Source: Chthoniobacteraceae bacterium
Lineage (GTDB): Bacteria; Verrucomicrobiota; Verrucomicrobiia; Chthoniobacterales; Chthoniobacteraceae
DNA length: 64,000 bases
Direction: 5' to 3'
NCBI GenBank assembly: GCA_037190965.1
Contig: JBBCKI010000015.1
Location: forward strand, 1-64,000
The first letter of the stretch is position 1, and each line of letters opens with the position of its first letter. The translations under genes and the position numbers were made by a program. This document shows positions 51,924-61,947 of this stretch, piece after piece. Under the pieces are notes generated by a model. That model was not told the DNA's origin and made no database searches. It saw only the letters and a program-made list of their open reading frames with translations.

Positions 51924-52964
51924 TCAACCACCCGAGCCTGCACAGGGGCCAATCGACTCTCCGGGGTGGAACTGCGGAATCAACCGCCGTGCAATGGGAG
52001 TATGGGGAGGAGAGGCGACAAGGCGGGTCAACAGGCGGAGATAGACAGGCTCGCTTACCGAATAAGAGGCAATCCTCGGATAGTGAAAATCGAGGTAAAG
52101 AGCCGAGTCGCGCGATAGGATCGAAAGCTGATCGGGAATGCGAATTCCCTCGTTTAAGGCGAACGAAGCGGCGGTAATGGAGAGACAAGCGTGGCAAATG
52201 AAAAGTGCCGTGGGCGGATTCTTCGCCAACAAAATCCTTCGAAGATTTCGCGTTACCTCGCGGACTTCGGGCCACGTCCGAATAACCATCGGCGTAGCAT
52301 TCGATGTCGCGCTGTTATTAAAGCCCTCCAAAAAACCCTTTTCAGTTTCAACATCTCCCGCGCGTACGGGCTCCACCAGGATACAAGCAATCTTCCGATG
52401 CCCAAGCCGCAAAAGCTTTCCCACAGCATGCCGCGCCGTCGCCCTGCCGTCGATGTCGACCGATGAGAGATTCACACCGGGATAAACTGAACCGGATACA
52501 ATCGCCGGGTATGGCTGCCCGCAAAACCAGCGTTGGGTCGATTCAGGAACCGAAACGAGCACCGATACTACTTTCGGCGAGAAGAACCCCATTTTCTTTA
52601 AGGAATGCACGGCCAAATGAGATCGAATCTCGACCTCCATCCCCTTTCGTTCCAGCGAGGCAGCTATTGCAGCGGCTAAAGTGTTGGCACCTACGAGAGG
52701 ATGGTCCCCACCCACTAGAACCAATACTTTTTCCTTTATGCGTAAAGCTTTGCTGGGAAGCACAATCTTTCGGGAACGGTTCGGTTCGCAAACGAGTCTT
52801 CCATTCTGCTCCAGATACTTCAACGCATCGCGCAGAACAGGCCGACTCACCCCCATCTCGAGGCTCAACATCCGTTCGCCAGGCAATACCTCGTCCCACT
52901 CTCCCTGATCAATTGCTTCAGCGATCCGGGCAGCAACCCGCTGAGCTAGTGATATGCGCGTCAT
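51924..52964 (-). CDS. GntR-HTH / LacI-type sensor hybrid regulator
   Basis: LPGERMLSLEMGVSRPVLRDAL; SVDID, GHRKI, PTALF, IPDQLSILS. Confidence 0.88.
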   Translation of the reverse strand: MTRISLAQRVAARIAEAIDQGEWDEVLPGERMLSLEMGVSRPVLRDALKYLEQNGRLVCEPNRSRKIVLPSKALRIKEKVLVLVGGDHPLVGANTLAAAIAASLERKGMEVEIRSHLAVHSLKKMGFFSPKVVSVLVSVPESTQRWFCGQPYPAIVSGSVYPGVNLSSVDIDGRATARHAVGKLLRLGHRKIACILVEPVRAGDVETEKGFLEGFNNSATSNATPMVIRTWPEVREVTRNLRRILLAKNPPTALFICHACLSITAASFALNEGIRIPDQLSILSRDSALYLDFHYPRIASYSVSEPVYLRLLTRLVASPPHTPIARRLIPQFHPGESIGPCAGSGG

Positions 52965-53250
52965 TCGAGGAAGCACGGGTGCAATCGATGACAGAGCCTT
53001 ATTGATCCGGTCAACTATTTTTACCAATTGGGGCACAATTCCCAATCGACTTCGCGCGAATGTCAGGCTTACCTCATCGGTAAGCGATGGATGGTTTTCC
53101 GTCACGCGACAAGACAAAAGGAGACTGCACGCAAGCCATCTCGAGGCACCGTGGCCGGGGAACCGCGCCAACTTTAGGACACAAGGTTCACAAAAACGTT
53201 ACGCTGGCGTCACGGGGTTGCCATACGGAACGGGTGAATTCCCGGTTCGT

Positions 53251-55293
53251 ATGCGCCACACATTATCGTTCGCACTCTGTTCCGCGGTCCTCCTTGCAGG
53301 GCCGGTTTCCACCGCTTCCGCCCAGTTCGTCATCAGCGGCAGTACCAGCTCCGCCCAGACCCTTTCCTCCGGGACGGGCTCGGTGACCTCCACGGGGATT
53401 ATCAGCATCAACTCCGGCGGCAACGTCGGCGTTACATTGAGCGGCAGCGGGGTCAAGCTGATCAATGACGGGCAGATTCTTCAGAAGGGCTCCGGCCGTG
53501 CCGTGCGCATCATGCCGGGCGGCGACGCGATCGAGATCCAGAATAACGGCGTTATCCGCTCCACGGCCGACGATGCGGTCCAGAGCAACCCCGCCAATCC
53601 TTCGATCAAGCTGATCAACACGGGGACGATCGAATCAACCGGCGGACAGGCGGTCGATTTCAACAACATTACCACCGGTTCCAATACGGTCATCAACTCG
53701 GGCCTGATTCGCGGCAACGCCGATGACGCCGTTCGGCCCGGCGTTAATGGAACCGTCATCAACACCGGCACGATCCAGGCGATCCCCACACTCACCGGCA
53801 CCAGCTATTCCGGCAGTGACGGCGTGGACGGCCAGACCAATTCGGGCTTCAGCGTCACCAACTCCGGGTATATTACAGGGCGGCACGGGATCACCGGGGG
53901 CAACGGTGCCAATTCGTACACCGTCACGGTGACCAACGAAGAAGGAGGCGTCATCGCCGCCGTCAACGGTTCCGCGATCAATATCGATGGCAAAGGCTCC
54001 TTTGGGACCATCGTTAACCACGGCACGATGACGGGAACTTACGACGCGGTGAGAGGCCCCGCGAGCGGCGACGGGGATGGGGTGGACGTGGACGGCACTG
54101 TCCACCTCACCAACTACGGGATCATCCGGGGGCTGGGGGGTAACGGTATCGGCAGCGACGGCGGGACGAATACGGTGGAAGGCCTCGCCATCGGCGGCGG
54201 CACCGTCATCAACCACGCCGGCGCGGAAATTTCCGGCAACAATACGGCGGGGAACACGGCGGTGGCCAATGGTATCCTTGTCGACGACAGCTCCAATGGA
54301 GCGGCCCACGCGGCCACGACGATCACCAACGCCGGGCTAATCCGCGGCTACGCGGGGTATGGCATCAAGATTGTCGGTGGGTGGGACAACACGATTACCA
54401 ACGAGGAAGGCGGCGTGATCCGGGGGACGGAGAACGTGATCACCACCGGCACCGGCAACGATACGCTCGTCAACCGCGGCTCGATCGTGGGCGACAACGG
54501 GGCCAAGGCGATCGACCTCGGCGGTGGCAACAACACCCTCCGAATCGAGGGCGGAGCCGCCTCCGTCACCGGAGATATTGATGGCGGCGCGGGTGGCAGC
54601 AACACCTTCCACCTCGCCCCCGGCGCGGGGAATGAGTTTGCCTACTCGGGCGTCATCTCCCGCTTTGCGAACGTGATCGTCGAGAGCGGCACGGTCGCCC
54701 TCTCCGGTGCCAGCATCTATACAGGGACCACCACCATCGAGGCCGGAGCGGCGCTCGTCGCCTCCAACAGCACGGGTAGCGCCACCGGGAGCGGCGATGT
54801 CGACGTGCAGGGCCGCCTCGTCGGCGGGGGACGGATCGGCGGCAATGTCTTCGTGGCGGAAAGCGGCCTCATCGCCCCTGGCGAAGGGAGCGGCGCGCTG
54901 GTGATCGACGGGAACCTGACGCTCTCCAACGGAGCGCGCTTTGTCTTCACACTGGGTGAAAGCGCCGCCGCCTCCAGGTCGATCTTCCTGGGCGGTTCGC
55001 TCGCCTTTGAGGAAGGCGCCGTCGCCTTGATCGAGCTGGCCGACAATGGCCTCGCGCTGGGCGATTACACGCTGATCACATTCGGTAGCGAGAGCATCCT
55101 TTCTCTCGAAAACTTCACCTTGGGCCTGGCCCCCTATGGATTCGGTTCCACCCTGGAGGTGACAGGCGACTCGCTGGTCCTCCACGTCACCACCGTGCCG
55201 GAACCGTCCAGCGTCTTGCTCTTCGGCACCGCCGCGCTCTTTGGCAGCGGACTGCTCCGGCGCGTTCGGAGGAAGCAAGCTGCCCGGGCTTGA
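53251..55293 (+). CDS. PEP-CTERM surface protein with N-x-G-x-I beta-helix repeats and an autotransporter-associated strand
   Basis: Signal peptide ending ASA; repeated INxGxI; LSGASIYTGTTTI; VPEPSSVLLFG...RRVRRK. Confidence 0.92.
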   Translation: MRHTLSFALCSAVLLAGPVSTASAQFVISGSTSSAQTLSSGTGSVTSTGIISINSGGNVGVTLSGSGVKLINDGQILQKGSGRAVRIMPGGDAIEIQNNGVIRSTADDAVQSNPANPSIKLINTGTIESTGGQAVDFNNITTGSNTVINSGLIRGNADDAVRPGVNGTVINTGTIQAIPTLTGTSYSGSDGVDGQTNSGFSVTNSGYITGRHGITGGNGANSYTVTVTNEEGGVIAAVNGSAINIDGKGSFGTIVNHGTMTGTYDAVRGPASGDGDGVDVDGTVHLTNYGIIRGLGGNGIGSDGGTNTVEGLAIGGGTVINHAGAEISGNNTAGNTAVANGILVDDSSNGAAHAATTITNAGLIRGYAGYGIKIVGGWDNTITNEEGGVIRGTENVITTGTGNDTLVNRGSIVGDNGAKAIDLGGGNNTLRIEGGAASVTGDIDGGAGGSNTFHLAPGAGNEFAYSGVISRFANVIVESGTVALSGASIYTGTTTIEAGAALVASNSTGSATGSGDVDVQGRLVGGGRIGGNVFVAESGLIAPGEGSGALVIDGNLTLSNGARFVFTLGESAAASRSIFLGGSLAFEEGAVALIELADNGLALGDYTLITFGSESILSLENFTLGLAPYGFGSTLEVTGDSLVLHVTTVPEPSSVLLFGTAALFGSGLLRRVRRKQAARA

Positions 55294-55578
55294 TCAATAC
55301 GCAAGTTCGAGTCAACGGTATCGAGTACCGGCCAGGCACTTGTCTTCATCCGGCACACCGAGGGGGCCTGATTGTGTGTTTTGAACCATTGATGACCGTC
55401 TTGAAATTTCCCTTTGCAAAAAAACGATTAACTGTTCCACTTGCATTCACTATTGTGAAACACCCCATGGAAGATCATCCGTTGTTTTCGAACAACTTAC
55501 GACTCGGCGGGCAAAATCCCGCCTCTCTCGCCAGTTCTGAGAGACAAACGGAACATTAGTGAAAAGCCGCCTGTTTCT

Positions 55579-55842
55579 ATGAGATTACTCCTTGCTCTCG
55601 TTCTTATCGCCGGCGCGGGGGCCTATTTGGATCACCGGTCCCCGCCCAAGCCCACCTCTGGTTCGGTGATTGCATTGGAAGCCCCAACGCCGCCCACGCA
55701 AGAGTTTCTCAATCAGCTGGCAGCGAAAGAAGAGGCCAGATTGAGAGCCCGTGGCGGGTGTATGAAGCACGCGAAAATCACAGTGACAGTAGAACCGGTG
55801 GAGACCACTCGCCGCACCGGAGTCAGCTCCCGCGGCCCGTGA
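55579..55842 (+). CDS. Small exported hypothetical protein
   Basis: ATG start and hydrophobic N-terminus MRLLLALVLIAGAGA. Confidence 0.45.
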   Translation: MRLLLALVLIAGAGAYLDHRSPPKPTSGSVIALEAPTPPTQEFLNQLAAKEEARLRARGGCMKHAKITVTVEPVETTRRTGVSSRGP

Positions 55843-55876
55843 GATATTATCCTGTCCCTGCCGCTTCGTTCATCGT

Positions 55877-56518
55877 CTATCTCCCTGCATGATCTCTGAC
55901 GTCGGCGCGTGCCGTCGTATCGTCGAAGGAACCGGTCCGCAAAGGTCCGCCGGGTCTGTAGGTGCTGATGATGACGCCCGAGGACGCAGCCTTCGTGCTG
56001 ACGAGCGCGAACTCGCGCGGTGGGACTCCATCCGAAAAGAAGCGTTTGCCTGCACCCAACAGGATCGGATAGACGAGCAGCAAGACCTCATCCGCAAGCC
56101 CGTGTTCGAGCAGCACCGGCGTCAGCGTCGAGCTGCCCCAGACGATCAGGTCCGGACCGTCCTTCGCCTTGATACCGCGAAGGCCCTCGACGATGTCCGG
56201 TCCAAGATCCTCGACCGGCCCCCATCCAAGACTCTCTGGCCTGTGGGTCGCGACATATTTCGTCGCCGCGTTCAGGCTCTCCGCCATCGGACTCTTGTCG
56301 GCTTTCGGCCAATAGGCACTCCAGATATCGTAGGTTCGGCGCCCCAGCAGCAAATCGAAAGCTTCGCCGTGCCCCGCTTTGATGGCTTCTCCAACCTCCG
56401 GGTCGGAATGCGGCACTGCCCATCCGCCGTAGGGGTAATCGCCATCTTCCTTCGGCCCGCCGGGGGCCTGAATCACACCGTCCAGCGAGATGTGTTCGAT
56501 GATCCTGATCTTTCTCAT
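55877..56518 (-). CDS. Dihydrofolate reductase-like (RibD C-terminal) protein
   Basis: ISLDGVIQAPGGP, LLGRRTY, VWGSSTL, DE..L.VYPILLGAGKRFF. Confidence 0.92.
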   Translation of the reverse strand: MRKIRIIEHISLDGVIQAPGGPKEDGDYPYGGWAVPHSDPEVGEAIKAGHGEAFDLLLGRRTYDIWSAYWPKADKSPMAESLNAATKYVATHRPESLGWGPVEDLGPDIVEGLRGIKAKDGPDLIVWGSSTLTPVLLEHGLADEVLLLVYPILLGAGKRFFSDGVPPREFALVSTKAASSGVIISTYRPGGPLRTGSFDDTTARADVRDHAGR

Positions 56519-56720
56519 AGCGTCTCCTTTCACGCGGGTCTGCGCTCGCTTGCGGCAGGCGCGATAAACAGCATTTCGATGTAGCAGCGACTATGTCAAG
56601 ACAGCCGTGAAAGGACTAAATCCCGCTTCTCTCTTTTGAAGGACCGGAACTGTCTCGCACAAAGAGCGAAAGATGAACCCCAGAATACGGCGGAAAACAG
56701 AGCTTATCCGATTATAAGCG

Positions 56721-57839
56721 GTGCAAAACCCTTGTGATTTCCTCCCGAAAGTCCTCCCGTGGCTCCGTTCGGAACCGCGATGGAGCTTCGGCTTCTGGAC
56801 GTCCCTTTTGCTCATCCTTGTTTTCATCAATCCAGTTCAAGCCAAAGAGATAGAAACGATCGAGACTCAAAACATTTATACCACAAAACTGGAAAGCCCA
56901 TGGGAATTCAGACTGGCGATTCCAATCTGGCTTGCCGGTGTTTCGGGAGAAGTAGGGGTACACGGGAGAACGTCGGACATTGACGTCGGTGTTGGCACTA
57001 TCCTCCGAAAGCTCAACTTCACGGCCTCCTTTAGCGTCGAGGCAAGAAAGGGACGCTTCGGCGTTTATGGGGATTTTCTCTATCTCAGTGACCAGACGGG
57101 AGTAACCAGGAACAGGCTTATCTCCAGAATTGACCTTCGGGTGGACGAGTATTTGACGGATTTCGACCTGAACTGGAGGTTTTTAAGCAATCCCCGAGGG
57201 TGGCTGGATCTCCTCGCCGGTTTCCGTTATATCAATTTATACAACAGACTCGGGCTGGATGCGGGAGAGGGCGCAATCCAGGCCGCGAGCGAAAGACTTG
57301 TGAATGTTGCGAGCGATCAAATCAAGCGATTACTCGAAAAGGAGCTTGGCGACGCCCTGCATTTAAGAAACCCACCCCTGCCGGTTGCTCCGCTTGCGGC
57401 AGAGCTGGAGCAGAAATTGTTAAAACAGATTCAGAAAGCTCGGAAAGATCCCGAACTCGCGGCAGCCGTTGAATCGGGCGATCAGGCCAGGATCGATCAG
57501 GCCAAAAGAAAGGTAGAGCGCAAAATCGCCAAGATTCTGAGCAAAAATCTCAACCGTAGTTTCTCGTTGAGCGAAGATTGGATCGATCCCTACATTGGGC
57601 TCCGCGCACGTTATAACCTGGCAGAGGCATTCTATCTTACCGCAAAGGCCGATGTGGGCGGGTTTAGCGTCGGATCGCGATTGAGCAGCCAGGTCTACGG
57701 GGCGATTGGTTGTCAGATCACCAGGAATTTCTATTCCGAAGCCGGGTACAGATTTCTTTACGTCGACTATCGAAATGGCGGTTTTACCTATAAGATCTCC
57801 ACCAGTGGAGCGGAGATCACTCTGGGGCTCTTGTTTTGA
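56721..57839 (+). CDS. Outer-membrane beta-barrel protein with a helical insertion (start uncertain)
   Basis: Alternating beta-strands (WIDPYIGLRARY, AGYRFLYVDY) and terminal Phe. Confidence 0.75.
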   Translation: MQNPCDFLPKVLPWLRSEPRWSFGFWTSLLLILVFINPVQAKEIETIETQNIYTTKLESPWEFRLAIPIWLAGVSGEVGVHGRTSDIDVGVGTILRKLNFTASFSVEARKGRFGVYGDFLYLSDQTGVTRNRLISRIDLRVDEYLTDFDLNWRFLSNPRGWLDLLAGFRYINLYNRLGLDAGEGAIQAASERLVNVASDQIKRLLEKELGDALHLRNPPLPVAPLAAELEQKLLKQIQKARKDPELAAAVESGDQARIDQAKRKVERKIAKILSKNLNRSFSLSEDWIDPYIGLRARYNLAEAFYLTAKADVGGFSVGSRLSSQVYGAIGCQITRNFYSEAGYRFLYVDYRNGGFTYKISTSGAEITLGLLF

Positions 57840-58176
57840 GAATCTGCCGTACCAACTGGCTTCACTTCTGGATCGGGGTCTTGATACTTATGGAAAACAT
57901 CATGGATTGATTGATGCGTTTCCTGATCGCCGATCGAGTTTGTATCGGTCGTTCAATGCGGCAGTTTGTGGAGCGTTCTCAAAAAGCTTGGGCACCACGC
58001 CACCATCCACGGAAGAAACCTCCCCCCGGTTCACGGCAGCCGCTCATTTTCGCAGGAAGGCAGCCGTTGGAACCTAGACAAGCGAACTTCTTCCACGATT
58101 TTCAGATCGAGGGATGAGAAACATCAGCCGGAAAGCCAGTAGGGAAACGATGAAAAGACCTTTGTTGCGATAACCG

Positions 58177-58466
58177 ATGAAAATCATCCCCAAGTCCCTT
58201 GCGGCGCTGATGATCATTCTCGCTGGTCTCACCACCAGCCAAGCCCAGGACCCCCTTCCCTCGTGGAATGACGGCCCGGCGAAACAGGCGATCATTGACT
58301 TCGTGAAAGAAACCACGGAGAAGGATGGTCCAAAATTCATTCCTCCTGAAGAACGCATCGCAACATTCGATCAGGATGGAACGTCTATGACGAGGCGAAG
58401 AAGAATGACTGGACGGTGATCAGCATGAAAAACGATTGGAAGCGCATTTTCGCCTTCGAGCCTTGA
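58177..58466 (+). pseudogene. HAD-family secreted phosphatase remnant with a large internal deletion
   Basis: Signal peptide, DPLPSWNDG...RIATFDQDGT, joined out of frame to the C-terminus YDEAKKNDWTVISMKNDWKRIFAFEP*. Confidence 0.88.
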
Positions 58467-58534
58467 TCTTCGAGCAACAGATTGTCCTGCACCACGAACA
58501 ACCGGCCCTCCCTCAGTTCCACCGCTGCCGGTGC

Positions 58535-59404
58535 CTATCCTTTGACAGCACCTGCGCTCAGCCCACGAATGAATAACTTCATGGTGAAAAGAAAAATCAA
58601 AATGAGGGGAAGGCTTGCGATGACGAAGGCCGCCATGATCCGTCCCCATTGCTTGACATATTCTCCGTCAAGATAGATCAGCCCGACGCCGATGGTGAAA
58701 AGCTCCGGGTCGCGGAGAACGATGAGCGGCATCAGGAAATCATTCCACGTGTTCAGGAAGTTGAGAATCGCCAACGTCCCGATGATGGATCCGCTCATCG
58801 GGAGAACGACGTTCCGGATCTGCTGGAAGTGGGATGCTCCGTCGATCTCCGCCGCTTCAAACAGATCCTTCGGAATCTCTTCAATGAAATTGCGCAAGAC
58901 ATAGATGGAAAACACAAGGCCTCCCGCAATGCCCAGGACGATCAGTGCCCACAGCGTGTTGAGCAGGTTGAGCTCTTTAAGGATGGAAAAGAGCGGGACA
59001 ATATTGGCCACGCTTGGCATCAGCATCAGCAGCAGAAACCCCGCCCAGAGCACGCCACCGAAGGGCATCTTGTAACGCGCAAAAAAGTAGGCACCACATA
59101 CGGACACCGCCAGGCACCCCAACGTCGCGCTGACGGAAACGACGACTGAGTTTGCCACATAGGGGATCACCAGCTTGATGGCGTAGAGAAAATTCTGCCA
59201 TTGCCAGGTGTCCGGCATTCCCGGAGCCCAGGCGTTCGCGAAGAAAAGATCGTTATCCTTCAGGCTGACCTGGATCATCATGTAGAACGGAAACAGGCTG
59301 ATCCCGAGCAATAGCAGCAAGACGAGGTGTTTGGGCCAGTCAGAGCCTCGATGGCTGCCAACGGCGTCCAGTTTCGCGGGAGATGATGTGATCGAGTTAC
59401 TCAT
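58535..59404 (-). CDS. Carbohydrate ABC transporter permease (MalG-like)
   Basis: IPKDLFEAAEIDGAS EAA loop, WNDFLMPL. Confidence 0.95.
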   Translation of the reverse strand: MSNSITSSPAKLDAVGSHRGSDWPKHLVLLLLLGISLFPFYMMIQVSLKDNDLFFANAWAPGMPDTWQWQNFLYAIKLVIPYVANSVVVSVSATLGCLAVSVCGAYFFARYKMPFGGVLWAGFLLLMLMPSVANIVPLFSILKELNLLNTLWALIVLGIAGGLVFSIYVLRNFIEEIPKDLFEAAEIDGASHFQQIRNVVLPMSGSIIGTLAILNFLNTWNDFLMPLIVLRDPELFTIGVGLIYLDGEYVKQWGRIMAAFVIASLPLILIFLFTMKLFIRGLSAGAVKG

Positions 59405-60348
59405 TTATCGACACGTACATAACGGTTATTGATCCAGGTCAGCCCCAGGATGAAGGCGAAGAGGAAGATGCCCAGAGAGCAGGCGTAGCCAAACTCTCCT
59501 GCAAGGAAGGCCCGGTTGAACATCCAGAGGCCCGGGACCATGCCACGCCCTCCCGCGCCTCCATCCTGCCCGAGGAGAAGCAGTTGAAGCCCAAACCCCT
59601 GAAGCGTGGCAATGATCAGCATCACAAGGCTCAGGCGCACCTGCGTCATGATGAGTGGAAACTCGACGTAGCGAAACTTCTGCCATGATCCTGCGCCGTC
59701 GAGTTCCGCGGCTTCGTAGACCTCCGAGCCAATCGACTGGAGCCCGGCCAGGTAGATCAGCACGCCGACCGCGCCGATCCACGGGAAGCCCCAGATGATC
59801 AGGGAAGGAATGATCAGCCCGGGCTCCGAAAGCCAGGCGATGGGGATGCCTTCGTGAAAGACGCCCCAACCGAAGAGACGATCCATACCGACCAACGCCG
59901 ACTTCAGCCCCGTTGCATCGAGGAACCCATTGAGCGCACCCTGCGTCGGGTCGAAGAAAAACTTCCAGATAAAGAGGGTTACCAGGCCCGGCACAATCAT
60001 CGGGAGTACGACCCCGATCCGGTAGAGATATTGCCAGCGGTCGCTCTTAAGCCGGTGAATGAGCACCGCCATTAGGATGGAGGGGATCAGCTTGAAGAGA
60101 TTGCTGACGACCAGGATTGCCATCACCCAGAACGAACCAATGAACACCGTGTCGCCCATGGCGTCATAGAAGTTCTTAAGCCCGATGAACTCCTTGTTGT
60201 CGCCACCGCTCCAGCGGAAGAAGCTATGGTATATGGCACTCAGCGCAGGGAGATAGCAGAAGGTGACGACGAGGACGATAGACGGGACAATGAAAAGGTA
60301 GAGCCTCCATTCGAGAAGCGCCTTGCGATTACTGATGGGCGTAGACAT
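59401..60348 (-). CDS. Carbohydrate ABC transporter permease (MalF-like)
   Basis: FIGLKNF, LAGLQSI..EVYEAAELDGAG. Confidence 0.95.
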   Translation of the reverse strand: MSTPISNRKALLEWRLYLFIVPSIVLVVTFCYLPALSAIYHSFFRWSGGDNKEFIGLKNFYDAMGDTVFIGSFWVMAILVVSNLFKLIPSILMAVLIHRLKSDRWQYLYRIGVVLPMIVPGLVTLFIWKFFFDPTQGALNGFLDATGLKSALVGMDRLFGWGVFHEGIPIAWLSEPGLIIPSLIIWGFPWIGAVGVLIYLAGLQSIGSEVYEAAELDGAGSWQKFRYVEFPLIMTQVRLSLVMLIIATLQGFGLQLLLLGQDGGAGGRGMVPGLWMFNRAFLAGEFGYACSLGIFLFAFILGLTWINNRYVRVDK

Positions 60349-60351
60349 GGG

Positions 60352-61941
60352 CTATTGCGTGGGTTGACCGGCCTTTTCGAGAGTCAACCTCGCGCGGTAA
60401 TATTGCCTTTGGTTTGCGGAGTCCGCCTGAAGAAAGATATCGAGACGGTGGGCCGCTTCTTTCTTCTCTCGAGCGATCCATCCAAGGGCAGCCAACTGGG
60501 TATCTCCGCGCTGGATCAGGTCGACATTGGCGCGCAGGTTTCGCCGCAGATCGCTGATGAGAGTGTCCGGATATCTGTTCTTAACGGTCTGGATAAACGA
60601 ATCAACGCTGCCCATGGGGTTCACGAGAAGATGTAGCGATGTATTGAAGAGGCGGGTGGTGTCGGGTCCATTCCCGACCGAGGGGTTCAACCCGGCAAGA
60701 TAGCCGTCGGAAACAGGCAGAAAGGGCTGAACCTCGGAGCTCGGCCGGGTACCGACTATCGCGGGAATCCAGCCGCTGACGTCCGTCCAGATCTGGCTGG
60801 CTTGGCGGCTGGCCAGGAACAGTAGAAAATCCCGTGCGACTTCCGCGTTTGGTGCCTTCCGGGTCAACCCAAACGAGACGGCAGCATTGGTGCCCGCCTC
60901 GGACAGCGCCCCCAAGGTAAACTTGGCATACTTGGGATTTTCGGCCGATGGATATGGAATTGGTGTGACCCCGACGCGAAACCGAACCTGATGACGGATA
61001 CTGGTTGCGTCCCAGCTCCCCGTGCAGATAATCACGGCGCGCCTTTGGACGAAGAGAAGCGTCGCGTCGTCCCTCATCATCTGGATGAAGCCGGGCTGCA
61101 TGTACTGGCCGGTTTCACGCATCAGGGTGAGGCCAGAGCGGACAGCCTCCGTCTCAAAACTCCAGCGCCCCTCCAGCCAATCGGATATCCGACCGATCGG
61201 GTCATCGGCGAGCGTTCCGAGATCGCTGAGTTGCTCCGATAGTCTCTGGGTCTGGCTGGAGAACAGCCCTTTCATTAGAAAAGGGGCATTGTAACTCGAG
61301 CCGGCGATGGGAACCAGCGGCAGCCTTTCCGCCTTTGCGTACCGGGCGATCTCTTCACACAAGGCGACAAATTCCTCGTAGGTAGCGGGCAACTGACGAC
61401 TGCCGGTGATCTCTTCGAGCAGGTCGAGGTTGTAGAAGAGCCGCACCGAGGATGCGGACACCGGGACCCAGTAGTATTCCAAAAGCAACGGATGATAGCC
61501 TCCTTCCATCCCGTCAAAGAATGTCTGCCGGAGCGGAACCGCCTCCAGGTCCGTCCCCTTGTTGTAAGGATTCGGTTTATCAACGAGTTCGGAAAGCGGA
61601 ACGAAGAAGCGCGTCAGCGTATTATCCCACGTCCGGACTTGAATAATGTCTGGAGCCGTTTCACCGATGAGCTGCGTCAACGCCCAGTTGGGATAGATTT
61701 TTTCCGGAATCGGAAGCGGCTCCACCTTTACGCCGGGATGGAGGTGCATGTACTCCTGCGCGATCTTGTCGAACGCCTCCTTCGGGCCATTCTCCAACTG
61801 CCAGTGCGCGATGCGGACTGTCACTTGCCTTTGCCCTTCGTGACTGAAACCAAGTTTCATCACTACAATCCGCCCAAGCGCCACGACGAAGCAGACCGCA
61901 AGCAATCCGAATCCGATTCCATTGAGAATCTTCTCCCGCAT
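60352..61941 (-). CDS. ABC transporter extracellular solute-binding protein
   Basis: N-terminal TM anchor, HPGVKVE, APDII, LFYNLDL, GSWD. Confidence 0.9.
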   Translation of the reverse strand: MREKILNGIGFGLLAVCFVVALGRIVVMKLGFSHEGQRQVTVRIAHWQLENGPKEAFDKIAQEYMHLHPGVKVEPLPIPEKIYPNWALTQLIGETAPDIIQVRTWDNTLTRFFVPLSELVDKPNPYNKGTDLEAVPLRQTFFDGMEGGYHPLLLEYYWVPVSASSVRLFYNLDLLEEITGSRQLPATYEEFVALCEEIARYAKAERLPLVPIAGSSYNAPFLMKGLFSSQTQRLSEQLSDLGTLADDPIGRISDWLEGRWSFETEAVRSGLTLMRETGQYMQPGFIQMMRDDATLLFVQRRAVIICTGSWDATSIRHQVRFRVGVTPIPYPSAENPKYAKFTLGALSEAGTNAAVSFGLTRKAPNAEVARDFLLFLASRQASQIWTDVSGWIPAIVGTRPSSEVQPFLPVSDGYLAGLNPSVGNGPDTTRLFNTSLHLLVNPMGSVDSFIQTVKNRYPDTLISDLRRNLRANVDLIQRGDTQLAALGWIAREKKEAAHRLDIFLQADSANQRQYYRARLTLEKAGQPTQ

Positions 61942-61947
61942 AATGCG

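Noticed and set aside
52954..53250. N-terminal extensions of the ORF-track calls 52954..55293 and 51924..53171
   Set aside because: They overlap each other divergently. The signal peptide begins at 53251 and the HTH protein at 52964.
55294..55560. Possible integrase remnant next to the att-like scar
   Set aside because: No tyrosine or serine recombinase motifs are recognisable in the translated frames.
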